From: a virus
Taxonomy: Duplodnaviria > Caudoviricetes
Direction: 5' to 3' (one strand)
IMG/VR virus record: IMGVR_UViG_3300048851_000132
Span: 1-51,522 of that record
DNA length: 51,522 nucleotides
How positions within the stretch are numbered: the stretch's first letter is position 1; every line of letters begins with the position of its first letter. This document shows positions 1 to 9,894 of this stretch, in pieces. A program made the position numbers and the translations under genes. The notes below the pieces were generated by a model. That model saw nothing but the letters and a program-made list of their open reading frames with translations, made no database searches and was not told the DNA's origin.

Positions 1-126
1 GCCGCTATATCGACAGCTTCTACAATCCGCGGCGACGGCACTCAGCGCTAGGGTACCAGAGCCCTTGTGCCTTCGAAGCCGCGACATAGTTCAACAGCCG
101 CTCTCCACTTTCCAAGGACAAGTCCT
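1..126 (+). mobile_element. IS3-family insertion sequence, right end (OrfB C-terminus + right inverted repeat)
   Basis: Frame 3..89 reads RYIDSFYNPRRRHSALGYQSPCAFEAAT*, the typical IS3 OrfB ending. IRR 101-126 matches the reverse complement of IRL 51397-51422 at 20/26. GGG follows at 127-129 (TSD). Confidence 0.93.
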
Positions 127-2055
127 GGGATAGTCGGGCCCGATCATCACCGCATGCTCGCGCGCCAGCGCGAAGTCCAGCTGCCCCAGCGGCACACCCA
201 GCGCATTCGGCACATCCAGGGTGCCCAGCGCTCCCGTGGCATTGTCGCGCGCCCAGCCGCCGCTGATCTGGAACAGCAGGAACAGCGGCCGGTCAGCCTG
301 GCCGCCCAGCGTGGTGATGTCGGCCGCCAGGCTGTCGTCAAACGCGTTCAGCCCCACCCGATACCCAGCCCTGGTCGGCTGCGCGCCGGCCTGGTTGGTG
401 CTGTCGTACTGCCCTTGCTCGAACAGCACCGCCGGCACGCCATGGCTGCGGCCGCCCCGGTCGGGGCTGTTGCGCACAGCGGTCACCGCGTCGCGGTTGC
501 GGTTGTAGAGTTCCGGCGTGGCGCCTGGAGAGAGCTGCGCCAGTGTTCTGCCGCTGACGCCGGTCACCGTGCCGATCAGGGCGCGGTCCAGCAGCGTCAG
601 ATCGCGCCGTGCCATGCGCAGCCGGGCGAACCCGTACAGGAAGGCCGACATCATGGTCTCGCCAAGCGCCGGGGTATCGCGCGCGAGCGCGGCTTCCTCG
701 GCGTCGGTCAGGATGGCGCCGGTGCTGGCATGCTGCGTCACCTCGCGCAGCGGCCGGTAGGCGGCGCTGCCACCGGCCGGCGCCCAGCTGGTGGCGGTGG
801 AGCCATTCAGCGCAGCGCGCGGGCTGTTGCCGCACATGAAGACATTGCCGTAGCGCGCCGTGCGGGTCTGCACCGGATAGCTGCCCTGGCCAGTGCCGAA
901 GGACTGCGACGCCAGGATGAACTGGCAGACCTCGAAGAGCAGGCCGCGCCAGGCATGCACGGGCGTGTCCCGCAGGCTGGCGGAATAGGCGGCGCCCTGG
1001 GCGTTCAGGCGGGCGAGCAGGGCTGGGCTGTAGTCTCCGGAAGCGCTCTCGCCTCCTCCCGTCGTGGCGGAGCCGTCCAGGTCCTGGAACACCTCGCCCC
1101 ATTCGTTCTCGAACGAGAGGCCGGGGCGGTCGCTGGGCAACAGGGTCATGCCATGCATGGCCAGCCGGCCGGGCTCCGCGACGAGGGTGTTGCCGGCGGC
1201 ACCACCCGGCACCAGCGCCGCCGCCAGCGTGGCGGACAGCGCAGAGAACTGCGCCCAGTTCAGCGCGCCGTCCTCGCCGACTTCCCCCAGCACGCCATCG
1301 GCCGCATCGGTCCACTGGTAGGGCACGCCGGCGCCGACCAGCAGGCTCTGCAGCAGCGCGCCGAGGGCGGAGCGCATCGGCAGCTGATCGGTGATGCGCA
1401 GGCCCTGGAAGGCGGCCTCGCCCGCGCCGGTGATCTCGGCGATGACACCACCGTCCGGCGCTTCCAGCGTGAAGGCATCGCTGCCGCTGGCCGCCAGCAT
1501 GGTGCGCAGCCCATCCAGCAGGGCCATCAACACCGGCATCGCCGGGCTCTCATAGACCCAGGCGGTGTTGGCCGCGCTGCGCCGCCAGTTCTTGCCTTCG
1601 GCAATCGTGGTCGCCAGCATCAGCGGCCGCAGCGGCTGCGGCGGATTAGTGCCGGGGATGCTGGTCAGCGCATCCAGCTCCGCCTTGGTCATCACGGTGA
1701 TGGCGCTGCCGGCGGCATTGGCGCTGCTGGCCTGCGCGGCGGCTTCGGCGGCAAGCTGCGCCCCCGCCGCGACGTCCATCGCCAGCTGGGCCGCCCGCTC
1801 GCTGGTCCGCGCCTGATCGGCGGCATCGAGCGCCACGCGCTCGCTGGCCGCGACCACATCCAGATTGGCGGCCTTCAGCGCGCCCCAGGTGGTGTTGTAG
1901 GCGACGTCGCCCACCACCAGGGTCAGCAGGGCGTCGTCGGCCGGCGGGCGCTGCGCCAGCTTGTTCATGAAGCGGGCGCGCGCCACGGAGCCTTGCGGCA
2001 GATACAGGATCTCGCCCGCTGGCGTGGCCAGCGGCAGATCGGTGGTGTCGGACAT
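127..2055 (-). pseudogene. Tail-associated SGNH/sialate O-acetylesterase-like protein, N-terminal 643 codons, interrupted by IS3
   Basis: ILASQS and EQGQYD resemble the SASA/SGNH GQS and QGE blocks. The last 11 residues of ORF 91..2055 come from the IS. Removing the IS joins IGPDYP in frame to GMDLPSGHL at 51393. Confidence 0.75.
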
Positions 2056-2066
2056 GAAGGGCTCCG

Positions 2067-2411
2067 TCAGGCGATGACGTCGAAGAGCAGCCGGGCGGCG
2101 CCACAGCGCGGGCTGAGCACCGTGGCGCGGATCTCCCAGGCGCCGGCCTCCTCCAGCAGGAGATCGAGCGCAAAGACGCCGGGGCGGATCTCCGGCGTGC
2201 CGGGCTGCGCGAAGGCATCATCGGCGGCGCCAGGGCGGTCCACGGTGAAGGCGATGCCGCTGGCGCCGAGGACCGGCGCACCAGTTTCGGCGTCGGTCAG
2301 GGTGAGGAGGAGGCGGATGCCGTCCTGGCACCAGAAGCGCGGGCGCGGGACATCCTCGCGGCCGGCGATGCTCAGCCGCGCCTGCACGGCGGGCGGGTAG
2401 GGTCCGCTCAT
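2067..2411 (-). CDS. Hypothetical tail-region protein
   Basis: 114-aa ORF co-oriented with the tail operon, with an RBS (GGAGG) upstream. Confidence 0.7.
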   Translation of the reverse strand: MSGPYPPAVQARLSIAGREDVPRPRFWCQDGIRLLLTLTDAETGAPVLGASGIAFTVDRPGAADDAFAQPGTPEIRPGVFALDLLLEEAGAWEIRATVLSPRCGAARLLFDVIA

Positions 2412-2503
2412 GCGGGGCCTCCAACGGGGATCGCCGCAGCGCCTCGCGGCCTGCGGTGGTGATGCTCAGGGTGTGGGGCGGCCTTGCGCGGCCGGTGGCC
2501 GCG

Positions 2504-2971
2504 CTAGGGCAGCGGCGCCGTGGAGAGCACCTGCTCGGCGCGCTGCGGCGTGATCAGCTGCAGGCTCACCAACAGCGCCACGCCGGCGAGCAGATCGGGG
2601 TGGTCCAGCTCCACGATGTTGCCCGCGGCATTCAGGTCATCGAGGAAGACCTGCAGCGTGGGATCGCCGGCCGTCAGTGCCTGGCTCGCCGCCACGGTGA
2701 TGGCGCCGCGCTCCGCCCGCGTGAAGCGCTCGCGGAAGGTGCGCGCCGTGACGATCGTCACCGGCGCCAGTTCGGGCGCGGAGACGATCGGCGCGGAGAA
2801 GCGGGTGCCGTCAAAGACCCAGCCCGGCTGCACGGCCTCGGTATCAGCGCCTTGCAGCTCATGGCAGGTGTCGAGGAGGGCGGGGTGGAACATCTCGCGC
2901 AGATCGACGCCCTGGGGGGGCACGATGATCTCCGCCACCCGGCCATCCACGATGCGTGCGTAGCGTGCCAT
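2504..2971 (-). CDS. Putative tail fibre assembly/chaperone protein
   Basis: Starts MARYARIVDGRVAEII..FHP..V.PGW.FDG..F, a pattern typical of fibre assembly proteins. It immediately follows the fibre gene. Confidence 0.7.
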   Translation of the reverse strand: MARYARIVDGRVAEIIVPPQGVDLREMFHPALLDTCHELQGADTEAVQPGWVFDGTRFSAPIVSAPELAPVTIVTARTFRERFTRAERGAITVAASQALTAGDPTLQVFLDDLNAAGNIVELDHPDLLAGVALLVSLQLITPQRAEQVLSTAPLP

Positions 2972-2973
2972 GC

Positions 2974-3798
2974 TCAGTACTCCACGATCACGAGGCCGTC
3001 CGCGCCCTTGCCGCCCGGTCCGCCAATCGCGCCGCCACTGCCGCCACAGCCCGGCGAGCCGCCGCTGTGTCCGGCCGCCACGCCGATGTTGGGACCCGAC
3101 TTGGTGCCGCACCAGGCGGCGCCGCCGAAGCCACCGCCCATGACGCCGTCGGAATAGGGCTGGCCGAGGCCGCCGCCGGTGCCGCCGACCTGGAACTGGC
3201 CGCCGGCCGCGCCGCCGCCATTGCCAGCGGTGATGGCCGAGCCACTATTGGCGCCGGTGCCGCCCTGGCCACCGGCCGCGGAGAGCAGCGCGCCGAAGCT
3301 GCTGGCGCCGCCAACCGCGCCATCGCCCGCAGCGGTGCCGCCGGCACCGCCGGCACCAACCGTGACCTGGTAAACGGTTCCCGGCGTCACATCATAGACG
3401 CCCTCGACATAGCCGCCGCCGCCGCCGCCACTGCCGGCCGAATTGACGCCAAAGGTGCCGCCGCCGCCGCCGCCGGCGGCGATGACCTTCACCCGGATCC
3501 GGGTGACACCAGCGGGCACGGCCCAGGGGCCCGAGCTTTGGAAATAGGTAACGTGGGGCGCGAACAGAGCGCGCAAGGCGCTGAGCACCTGGCTCCAGTC
3601 GTCGCGGTTGGGGGTCAGGCCCGCCGCCAGGATGATGGAGATCAGCTCCTCCTGGATCGGGTTGAACTCGTCGGCGCCGAAGATCGAGGATTCTTGGCCG
3701 CCGGCGGGATCGCCATTGGTGCCGAAGCCGGGCGTGCCGATGGCAGCCGCCAGGGCCGGCTTCGCAGAGACCTGCGTGCCGTTCGCGATGCGTTGCAT
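2974..3798 (-). CDS. Glycine-rich tail fibre protein
   Basis: N-terminus MQRI..PGF..GDP..A..FN.IQEEL..I..AGL.P is a Mu-type fibre anchor. C-terminus is Gly-rich (VPAGVTRIRV..GGGGGG..G.VIVEY). Confidence 0.85.
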   Translation of the reverse strand: MQRIANGTQVSAKPALAAAIGTPGFGTNGDPAGGQESSIFGADEFNPIQEELISIILAAGLTPNRDDWSQVLSALRALFAPHVTYFQSSGPWAVPAGVTRIRVKVIAAGGGGGGTFGVNSAGSGGGGGGYVEGVYDVTPGTVYQVTVGAGGAGGTAAGDGAVGGASSFGALLSAAGGQGGTGANSGSAITAGNGGGAAGGQFQVGGTGGGLGQPYSDGVMGGGFGGAAWCGTKSGPNIGVAAGHSGGSPGCGGSGGAIGGPGGKGADGLVIVEY

Positions 3799-3806
3799 GG
3801 GGGTCC

Positions 3807-4406
3807 TCAGACGTACTGGAACAGCAGGATGGTGTGGGCCGGGGCGACCGAGCGCAGCTCGCACTCCAGCACCGCGTTGCCCCAGGAGCGGAAGCGCTCG
3901 CCGAGGCCGCTCTGGCCCAGGCGGAAAGGCCGCACCGTGGTGGCCGGCGCGCGGATGGCCCAGGCATGCGCCCAGGCTGCATGCCGCATGCGGTTGCCCA
4001 TGCGCATGGTGCCCAGGCGGGAGGGCGCGTACTGCCGGATGCTGACGGTGTAGCCGAGCTGGGCGGCGCGCTCGATGAAGTAGGCGGGCGTCTGGCCGCC
4101 GCGCGCGGTCAGCCGGGCCACCACCTGGCCACGCCGCTGCTGCAGCGTGGGCGCGGGGCCGGCGCAGGGGTCGGGCAGGCCGAGGGCGGCTTCCCATTCG
4201 GGCAGCAGCTCGTAGGCGGCGGCCGGAAAGGCATCCACCAGCAGGGCATCGGCGCGGGCGCGCAGGCGCGCCGCCGTGACCGCCACGCCCTGCAGGATCT
4301 GGCCCAGGGCGCTGCCGGTCTCGCGCGGCCAGACCACGCCAGGCGGCAGCAGCGCCTGCAGCGCCGTCTGGAACTCGGCCGCCGTGCGTTCAGGAGGGCT
4401 CGGCAT
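3807..4406 (-). CDS. Baseplate protein, YmfQ/DUF2313 (Mu gp48-like)
   Basis: LLPPG..WP, ELLPEWE..LGLPD.C and final PAHT..F.Y motifs, plus gene order. Confidence 0.9.
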   Translation of the reverse strand: MPSPPERTAAEFQTALQALLPPGVVWPRETGSALGQILQGVAVTAARLRARADALLVDAFPAAAYELLPEWEAALGLPDPCAGPAPTLQQRRGQVVARLTARGGQTPAYFIERAAQLGYTVSIRQYAPSRLGTMRMGNRMRHAAWAHAWAIRAPATTVRPFRLGQSGLGERFRSWGNAVLECELRSVAPAHTILLFQYV

Positions 4407-4408
4407 GG

Positions 4409-5524
4409 TCAGGACCAGGTGATGGTGTTGAGGGTGGCGAGCGAGCCGGTCGGCGCCACCACGGGCGCGGTGGGCGAAGCCAGCGTGTAGTGGCCGATGC
4501 CGGCGACGCTGGCGATGGCGCCGGTGATGTCGGATGGGTAGAGCGTGCCGCCTGGCGCCGCCGTGCGCCGCAGCATGCCGCGCACCGCCTCGGTGATGGC
4601 GGCGCGCAGCGTGGCGCTGTCGCCTTCGAGATCGGCGATGACGATGTTCAGCGGCAAGGGATTGGGCGCGCAGCTGAAGACCAGGGCGGTCACCGGCTGC
4701 AGCGGCAGGATGGCATCGGCGACGGTGCGCTGATCGCCTGCCGCCGGAGCGGTGCGCGTCTCGCCGGCGGCGCCACCATTGGTGCCCTGCGGAAAGCCGT
4801 TCTGCGCCGCCCGCACGTCATCGAGCATGGTGTAGACCACCACCGTGCCGGCGCCGGCGCCATTCGGGCTGACCCAGGCGCGGGTGACGCCGGGCACCGT
4901 CCTGGCCCAGGCGAGGTAATCGGTGGCAGAGCCACCCTGCGGGGGCGCGCGGTAGCGCTCCAGCATGCGGGTGCGGAAGTCGTCTTCTGGCTCCTCATCG
5001 GCGCCACCGGCGATTGGCGTCACCACCGTGCCGGCGGCATTCACCCCCGCCACGGCCGAGGCGATGACCATGCCGCCAGCCACCGCTGTGCTGCCGGCGG
5101 CACCAGCCTCCACGGCCCGGACGGAGACGAGCACCTGGCCGGCGGCATCCACCGTGGCGAGTGACGTGGTGACAAAGGCCAGGCCATCCGCCGCGCGGAC
5201 CAGCCGGGTGCCGTCCGGCATGATCGCGCCGGGGGTGCCGCTGAACCGCACCGCCGCCTCGCCGGCGGCGGTGCTGGCGGCGATGGGGTAGATGCCGACC
5301 AGCGCCGCCCAGGCGCGCAGGAACTCGCCCGTCGCGGTGGCCGGGTTGGACTGCCGAGCGATCCAGTCGAGATAACCGTAGAGGCCATCGACAAAGCCGG
5401 CGAAGACCTTGGCCAGGATGCGCAGCGGCGCGGTACGCAGCAGCACGAAATTGCCGGTGCTCTGCGCCACGTCATGGGCGCCCTGGGCAAACAGGGTTTT
5501 GAGGGTTGGACGCTGAAAGGGCAT
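4409..5524 (-). CDS. Baseplate J / Mu gp47-like wedge protein
   Basis: MPFQRPTL start, GGAD.E.DD.FR.R and PPQGGS..DY..WA..VPGVTRAWV motifs. Confidence 0.95.
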   Translation of the reverse strand: MPFQRPTLKTLFAQGAHDVAQSTGNFVLLRTAPLRILAKVFAGFVDGLYGYLDWIARQSNPATATGEFLRAWAALVGIYPIAASTAAGEAAVRFSGTPGAIMPDGTRLVRAADGLAFVTTSLATVDAAGQVLVSVRAVEAGAAGSTAVAGGMVIASAVAGVNAAGTVVTPIAGGADEEPEDDFRTRMLERYRAPPQGGSATDYLAWARTVPGVTRAWVSPNGAGAGTVVVYTMLDDVRAAQNGFPQGTNGGAAGETRTAPAAGDQRTVADAILPLQPVTALVFSCAPNPLPLNIVIADLEGDSATLRAAITEAVRGMLRRTAAPGGTLYPSDITGAIASVAGIGHYTLASPTAPVVAPTGSLATLNTITWS

Positions 5525-5527
5525 GGC

Positions 5528-5977
5528 TCAGGCTCCCTGCCACGCCCAGGCGGCGGTGACGGTCTCTTGGGTGCCATCCAGGCGATGGATGGTGACGGTG
5601 CCGGCGATGCGCGAGGGGCCCTGCCAGGCGGCCGCCACCTCGATGCGGGCGGCGATGCCGTCGGCGATCAGCCAGGCCAGGGCCTCGCGCATGTAGTCCT
5701 GCGCCAGGCGCAGCGTCTCCGGCAGGTGCTTGGCGCGCCGCAGCAGCCACAGGCGGGAGCCAATGGGCTGGTCGTCCAGCAGGTCGCCCCACCAGCCGCG
5801 GCGGTCGGTCTCGCCCGGCGGCAGCGTGTCGTCCGGGCCGGCGCGGCGGTCGGTGAAGAGGCTGACATAGACGGCGGTGACCAGCGGCGGCGCTTGCTCC
5901 AGCGCACCGCCGGGCAGCAGCGTCCAGTCGGCGCTGAAGCCGTCAGCGCTCCAGCGGATGGCGATGTCGCCGCTCAT
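5528..5977 (-). CDS. Mu gp46-like baseplate protein
   Basis: SLFTDRRA..DD..P...DRRGWWGD..IGSRLWLL.RAK signature. Confidence 0.95.
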   Translation of the reverse strand: MSGDIAIRWSADGFSADWTLLPGGALEQAPPLVTAVYVSLFTDRRAGPDDTLPPGETDRRGWWGDLLDDQPIGSRLWLLRRAKHLPETLRLAQDYMREALAWLIADGIAARIEVAAAWQGPSRIAGTVTIHRLDGTQETVTAAWAWQGA

Positions 5978-6483
5978 GGCTTGGGCTGCGCGGTGAAGCC
6001 ACCGCCACTCTCGACGCCGCCATGGATGTGCTGCTGCAGGCTGACCGTGCCGGCCAGCACGTCGCCGGCGGCCTCAATGCGGCCGGTGGTGGTCAGCAGC
6101 GGCGTGGTGATCTCGACCTTGGTGCTCGCCTTGATGGCGATGGTGCCGCCGCGCTTGATGTGGACGTGGTCACCCTCGTCGGTGTGGATGGCGACCTCGC
6201 CTTCGCGCAACTCGATCTGGTAGCGGGCATCGTTGGTGGCGATGATCAGGCCCTTGGAGCGGTCGCCAAAGGGAAAGACCATCACCGCCTGGGCGCCCGG
6301 CAGGGGCCGCGAGGTGATGCCGTAGTGGCCCAGCAGCGGCGTCTCGTCGCGGATCTCGGCGTCATCGATGCGGACCTGGGCGCGGCGCAGCGCCTTGCCG
6401 CCCAGGCCGGTGGTGGCCAGGATCCGCCCAAAGCCGCAGAGCGACAGCAGGCGGCCGGCCATGCGCTCCATGGCGCTGCTCAT
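5974..6483 (-). CDS. Baseplate central spike (Mu gp45/gpV-like)
   Basis: YG.TSRP.PGA, GDRS..IIA..D.RY, L..GEVAI and C-terminal H.H.GV motifs. ATGA overlap with the upstream gene. Confidence 0.92.
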   Translation of the reverse strand: MSSAMERMAGRLLSLCGFGRILATTGLGGKALRRAQVRIDDAEIRDETPLLGHYGITSRPLPGAQAVMVFPFGDRSKGLIIATNDARYQIELREGEVAIHTDEGDHVHIKRGGTIAIKASTKVEITTPLLTTTGRIEAAGDVLAGTVSLQQHIHGGVESGGGFTAQPKP

Positions 6484-7631
6484 GGGGTTTCTCCGGCGCG
6501 GTTCTGCGAGACGCTGCGCTGCATGTCGGCCAGCACCTGCGCGTCGAAGGGCTGCAGCACGATGGGCTCGGGCTCGAAAGCCTCGGCCGGCATCAGCACC
6601 AGCTCGGCGCGGGTGCCCTCGGCGCCGCGCAGATAGGTCACATCGGCGATGACCCATTCCACGTCGCTGATCTTGAGCTGCGGCAGATCCAGCGGCACCC
6701 GGGCATTCGGCTCCCAGAGGCGGCCGGCGGCATCGCGCCAGCTGTCCACCGTCACCACCAGCATGCGGCCGCGGCCGTTGCGGCGGTTGCGCTCCCAGAG
6801 CGCCCGCTGCTCGGCGATGTCCTGGCCGAACTGCATCTGATCCGAGACCAGCACCTTCGGCCGGAAGCGCCGGCCGGTGCCAGGCTTGTCGGCGCCGACG
6901 GTGACATCGGCCACCTGCACCCGCGTGTTGACGGTCTCGGCGCCGCCGGCGGCGTGGCTGATGTCCACCAGCAGGTCGGTGGGCGACCAGATCACCTCGT
7001 AGAGGCTGTAGCGCTGGTCCACGCTGAAGGTGGCCTGGGCGCGCTCCACATTGCCGGGCAGCGCGAGGCCGGAGGCCATGCGGTCGGTGCCGGCGCGCGA
7101 CAGCACCAGGTTCCCGTCGGCGCCCTCATAGGCCAGCATGGCTGAGTGGCGCGCGGCGCGCTCGATGATGTCCCAGCAGGTTTCGGTCAGGATGACGTTG
7201 AACTGCGGCACCGCCAGCCCGTCGCCGTCGCGGGCGGTGACCGCGATGTCGAAGAGGCCGCAGAGCTGCGCGACCAGGGCGCGGGTGCTGCTCTGCAGGA
7301 CCTGGTTGTGTGCGCCGCGCAGATAGGCGGAGCAATCCACCAGGTCCTGGCACTTGCCGCGCCCCACCGCCCGGATGACGTGGGAGCTGGGCGAAATCTC
7401 CGGGGCGTAGCGGTCGATGTAGCCGGTCACCACCACGTCGCCGCCGATCAGCACCTGGCAGGGCGCGCCGGCGCGGATCTCAGCCGCCTCCGCCTCGCCG
7501 GGGAAGCGCGCGGTGAACTGGATGTCGAAGTCGGAGGGGCAGCGCTCGATGCCGCGGCTGACGCGGATCTCCTGCCAGCCGGACAGGCGCTGGCCTTCGG
7601 ATACGAGCGTCAGCTCGCCGTCATCAGGCAT
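6480..7631 (-). CDS. Baseplate hub protein (Mu gp44/gpP-like)
   Basis: GW..I.V.R.IE, TGYID, GR.K..DLVDCSA and W...G.LW.PN..V motifs. Start reassigned to MPDDGEL. Confidence 0.93.
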   Translation of the reverse strand: MPDDGELTLVSEGQRLSGWQEIRVSRGIERCPSDFDIQFTARFPGEAEAAEIRAGAPCQVLIGGDVVVTGYIDRYAPEISPSSHVIRAVGRGKCQDLVDCSAYLRGAHNQVLQSSTRALVAQLCGLFDIAVTARDGDGLAVPQFNVILTETCWDIIERAARHSAMLAYEGADGNLVLSRAGTDRMASGLALPGNVERAQATFSVDQRYSLYEVIWSPTDLLVDISHAAGGAETVNTRVQVADVTVGADKPGTGRRFRPKVLVSDQMQFGQDIAEQRALWERNRRNGRGRMLVVTVDSWRDAAGRLWEPNARVPLDLPQLKISDVEWVIADVTYLRGAEGTRAELVLMPAEAFEPEPIVLQPFDAQVLADMQRSVSQNRAGETP

Positions 7632-7687
7632 GTCAAGGTTCCATCGAAAAGGCGCCCGAAGGCGCAGTGCTCTCAGAGTATCTAGCG

Positions 7688-7716
7688 TTGCGAGTGCCGC
7701 CAAATCGTTCTACAAC
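7688..7716 (+). promoter_or_regulatory. Putative sigma70 promoter of the antisense moron
   Basis: TTGCGA-17 bp-TACAAC upstream of the GGAGG RBS and ATG at 7750. Confidence 0.5.
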
Positions 7717-7749
7717 CAGAACATTATCATCTTGCCGACGGAGGCCGAC

Positions 7750-8172
7750 ATGTCGCGCTGGGTGGTGCTCACTAAGCCGGGCTTAAAAGCCGGGAAGGGC
7801 GGGGAGGAGCCGCCGAGTGGCCCGTTGGAACGCATCGCGAGATATGTTCCGGCTGAGATTATCTCTCCGTACACGATGCTCTTCGCTGCATTCGTCTCTC
7901 TTGTTAAAGGCCGAATCACTGCCGAGTACTGGCCGCTTGTGCCGGCGGCTCTTATGTTTCTCTTCTTTCTTGCCACAATCGCATACGTGTGGCGTGAGAC
8001 GAGCGGAGCCGTGCGGCGCGTCCACCTTATCGTGTCGCCCTTGGCTTTTCTTGCCTGGGCCTACCCAATATCCAGCGCCCTCCTCGGAGATTGGTTCGAT
8101 GGGATTGTTGCCTTGTCTGCCCAGGCTATCGTGATTTGCCTCTCGATCGCCTTGTGGCGTGAGCCAGGGTGA
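7750..8172 (+). CDS. Multi-pass membrane protein (ERIARYVPAE motif), accessory
   Basis: 140 aa with 3-4 hydrophobic helices, a good RBS and lower GC. Antisense to the tail operon. Confidence 0.8.
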   Translation: MSRWVVLTKPGLKAGKGGEEPPSGPLERIARYVPAEIISPYTMLFAAFVSLVKGRITAEYWPLVPAALMFLFFLATIAYVWRETSGAVRRVHLIVSPLAFLAWAYPISSALLGDWFDGIVALSAQAIVICLSIALWREPG

Positions 8173-8176
8173 AGAG

Positions 8177-9271
8177 ATGCACATCCTCCATCGCCGTCTG
8201 GATGAAGACACGGAACTTCGCGATGCGGTGTCTGGTTTGAGCGAGCGAATTCGAGGGAATCCTCTCAAACACGCCTTGATCCTCGACCTCAACCCGGTCT
8301 GGCTCACCTGCTACCAGATTTGGGCTGCTGGCTATGATCCGGATTTACTGATCCGGCATTGGCCTGTTTTTCCCAGCTGGAGCTTTCTCGAACTCAACGG
8401 CCTAACAGACAGCCTTGATCTAGAAAAGCGGTTCAATGCCGTAGATCATTTTACCATGGCGATCTTTGGCCGTGGAACGACCATGCAGCCTTATATGCTG
8501 CGCATTTATTCAAAGCCAATCCTTGAGCCGAATCCTTCACTTCTGGAATTGCGGGCCGCACTCGTCACTGCCGCCCGCGACGCGAAAATCCCAACGGTGG
8601 TGGAGATCCATACCCCAGCGCGGTTGATTGGAGCACCCGGGGATCGGGTACTGTCTTCCACTGGAAACATAGGAACGCTGGGTGGCTTTCTGAAGGATCC
8701 TGCCGCTGGCACGATTTATGGCATGACCTGCGGGCATGTCATTTCGAGCGGTACGGCCCTCACGCCTGCCGGATTGCTCGGCTCCTGCGTCAAAGCTGTC
8801 ACACCCGTAGCACTTCCAGCTGGGGTATCGTGCTGCACCGGATGCAACCACATGACCGAGATCGACCTCGCGCTGATCCAGGTTCAGGGAGCCACACCGG
8901 TCAACAAGGCCACCAGCATTGCTCAGACAGTCTCGAACAAGCAACTGGTCGTCATGGATGGAGCAACAACCGGCAGCGTCCGCTACGAAATCGGTGGTGC
9001 CGTCGTGGAGCAGGAGATCGACGGTTCCTGCTGGACACGCCTGTATCAGGTTCATGCACCAGTGAGCGCCAGCATCCTGCCAGTTTCTGTGAATGTTGCG
9101 ATAACGACGCTTCCAGCTAACGGCGACTCTGGTTCGTGGCTATTACGGGGTGGCTCGGAGTGGGCGGGCATGGTCGTAGCAGCGGACGCGCTTCATGGAT
9201 ATGCTCTGGCAGCAACAACCCTACAGGCGGAAGCCAGTAAATTGACTGGAACGGCGTTGGCGCTCGCGTGA
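8177..9271 (+). CDS. Trypsin-like (S1/Nal1-like) serine protease with unknown N-terminal domain
   Basis: GTLGG, TCGHV (His), EIDLAL (Asp) and GDSGS (Ser) catalytic motifs. No signal peptide visible. Confidence 0.88.
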   Translation: MHILHRRLDEDTELRDAVSGLSERIRGNPLKHALILDLNPVWLTCYQIWAAGYDPDLLIRHWPVFPSWSFLELNGLTDSLDLEKRFNAVDHFTMAIFGRGTTMQPYMLRIYSKPILEPNPSLLELRAALVTAARDAKIPTVVEIHTPARLIGAPGDRVLSSTGNIGTLGGFLKDPAAGTIYGMTCGHVISSGTALTPAGLLGSCVKAVTPVALPAGVSCCTGCNHMTEIDLALIQVQGATPVNKATSIAQTVSNKQLVVMDGATTGSVRYEIGGAVVEQEIDGSCWTRLYQVHAPVSASILPVSVNVAITTLPANGDSGSWLLRGGSEWAGMVVAADALHGYALAATTLQAEASKLTGTALALA

Positions 9272-9336
9272 TTGAGCGACAGCTTTGTCAGCATCCCTGC
9301 TAGTGCCTGTCTCGCCTTATCCAGAAGCGACCGCTG

Positions 9337-9894
9337 TTATCGACTCAACGCCTGAAAGATCGGCGGCAGGAAGAGGGGGTCTGGCGCATCGGCATAGGCG
9401 GCCAGCTGATCGGCGCGCTCCAGGTCCTGGTAGAGGCGGTAGGCCTGCACCAGGCTCGGCAGCGGCGCCGCGGTCTTCACCTCCACCAGCGCGGCCAGAT
9501 TGGCCGCCCGGGTGGTGAGGTCATTGGCCACGGCGGTCTTCAACGCCCGCAGGGCCGTCACCGCCGTGTCATCGATGCCGCCGGCGGCGAGGATCTCTTC
9601 CTCCAGGAGCCCACAGATCAGGTCCCGCAGGGCCACCGCATCGTCATAGGAGGCGGGGCTGCTGGCGGCGGCGGCGCGGGCCATCTCCACCAGCGCGGCA
9701 CGGCGGCACAGCGCCGCCACGGCCGTCTGCATGGTCGCCATGGCGGTGCCGATCGTGTCGGCCGCCGTGCTCTCCTCCGGCCGGTAGCGGGCCAGCGGCG
9801 CCAGCAGGCGGATGCGCTCGGCCGGATCATCGGCCACGGCCGCCACGGCGGCCGCCAGGCGGCGCACGGCCGCCGCGAAAGCGCTGCCGCTCAT
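9337..9894 (-). CDS. DNA circularization protein (Mu gpN/gp43), C-terminal part
   Basis: P.LV.AYRLY.D..RADQL...P.PLFLP C-terminal signature. The ATG overlaps the upstream TGA. Confidence 0.85.
   Translation of the reverse strand: MSGSAFAAAVRRLAAAVAAVADDPAERIRLLAPLARYRPEESTAADTIGTAMATMQTAVAALCRRAALVEMARAAAASSPASYDDAVALRDLICGLLEEEILAAGGIDDTAVTALRALKTAVANDLTTRAANLAALVEVKTAAPLPSLVQAYRLYQDLERADQLAAYADAPDPLFLPPIFQALSR

Noticed and set aside
127-3798. Invertible tail-fibre cassette or diversity-generating retroelement
   Set aside because: I saw no inverted duplicate fibre ends, recombinase sites, TR/VR pair or reverse transcriptase in the tail region.
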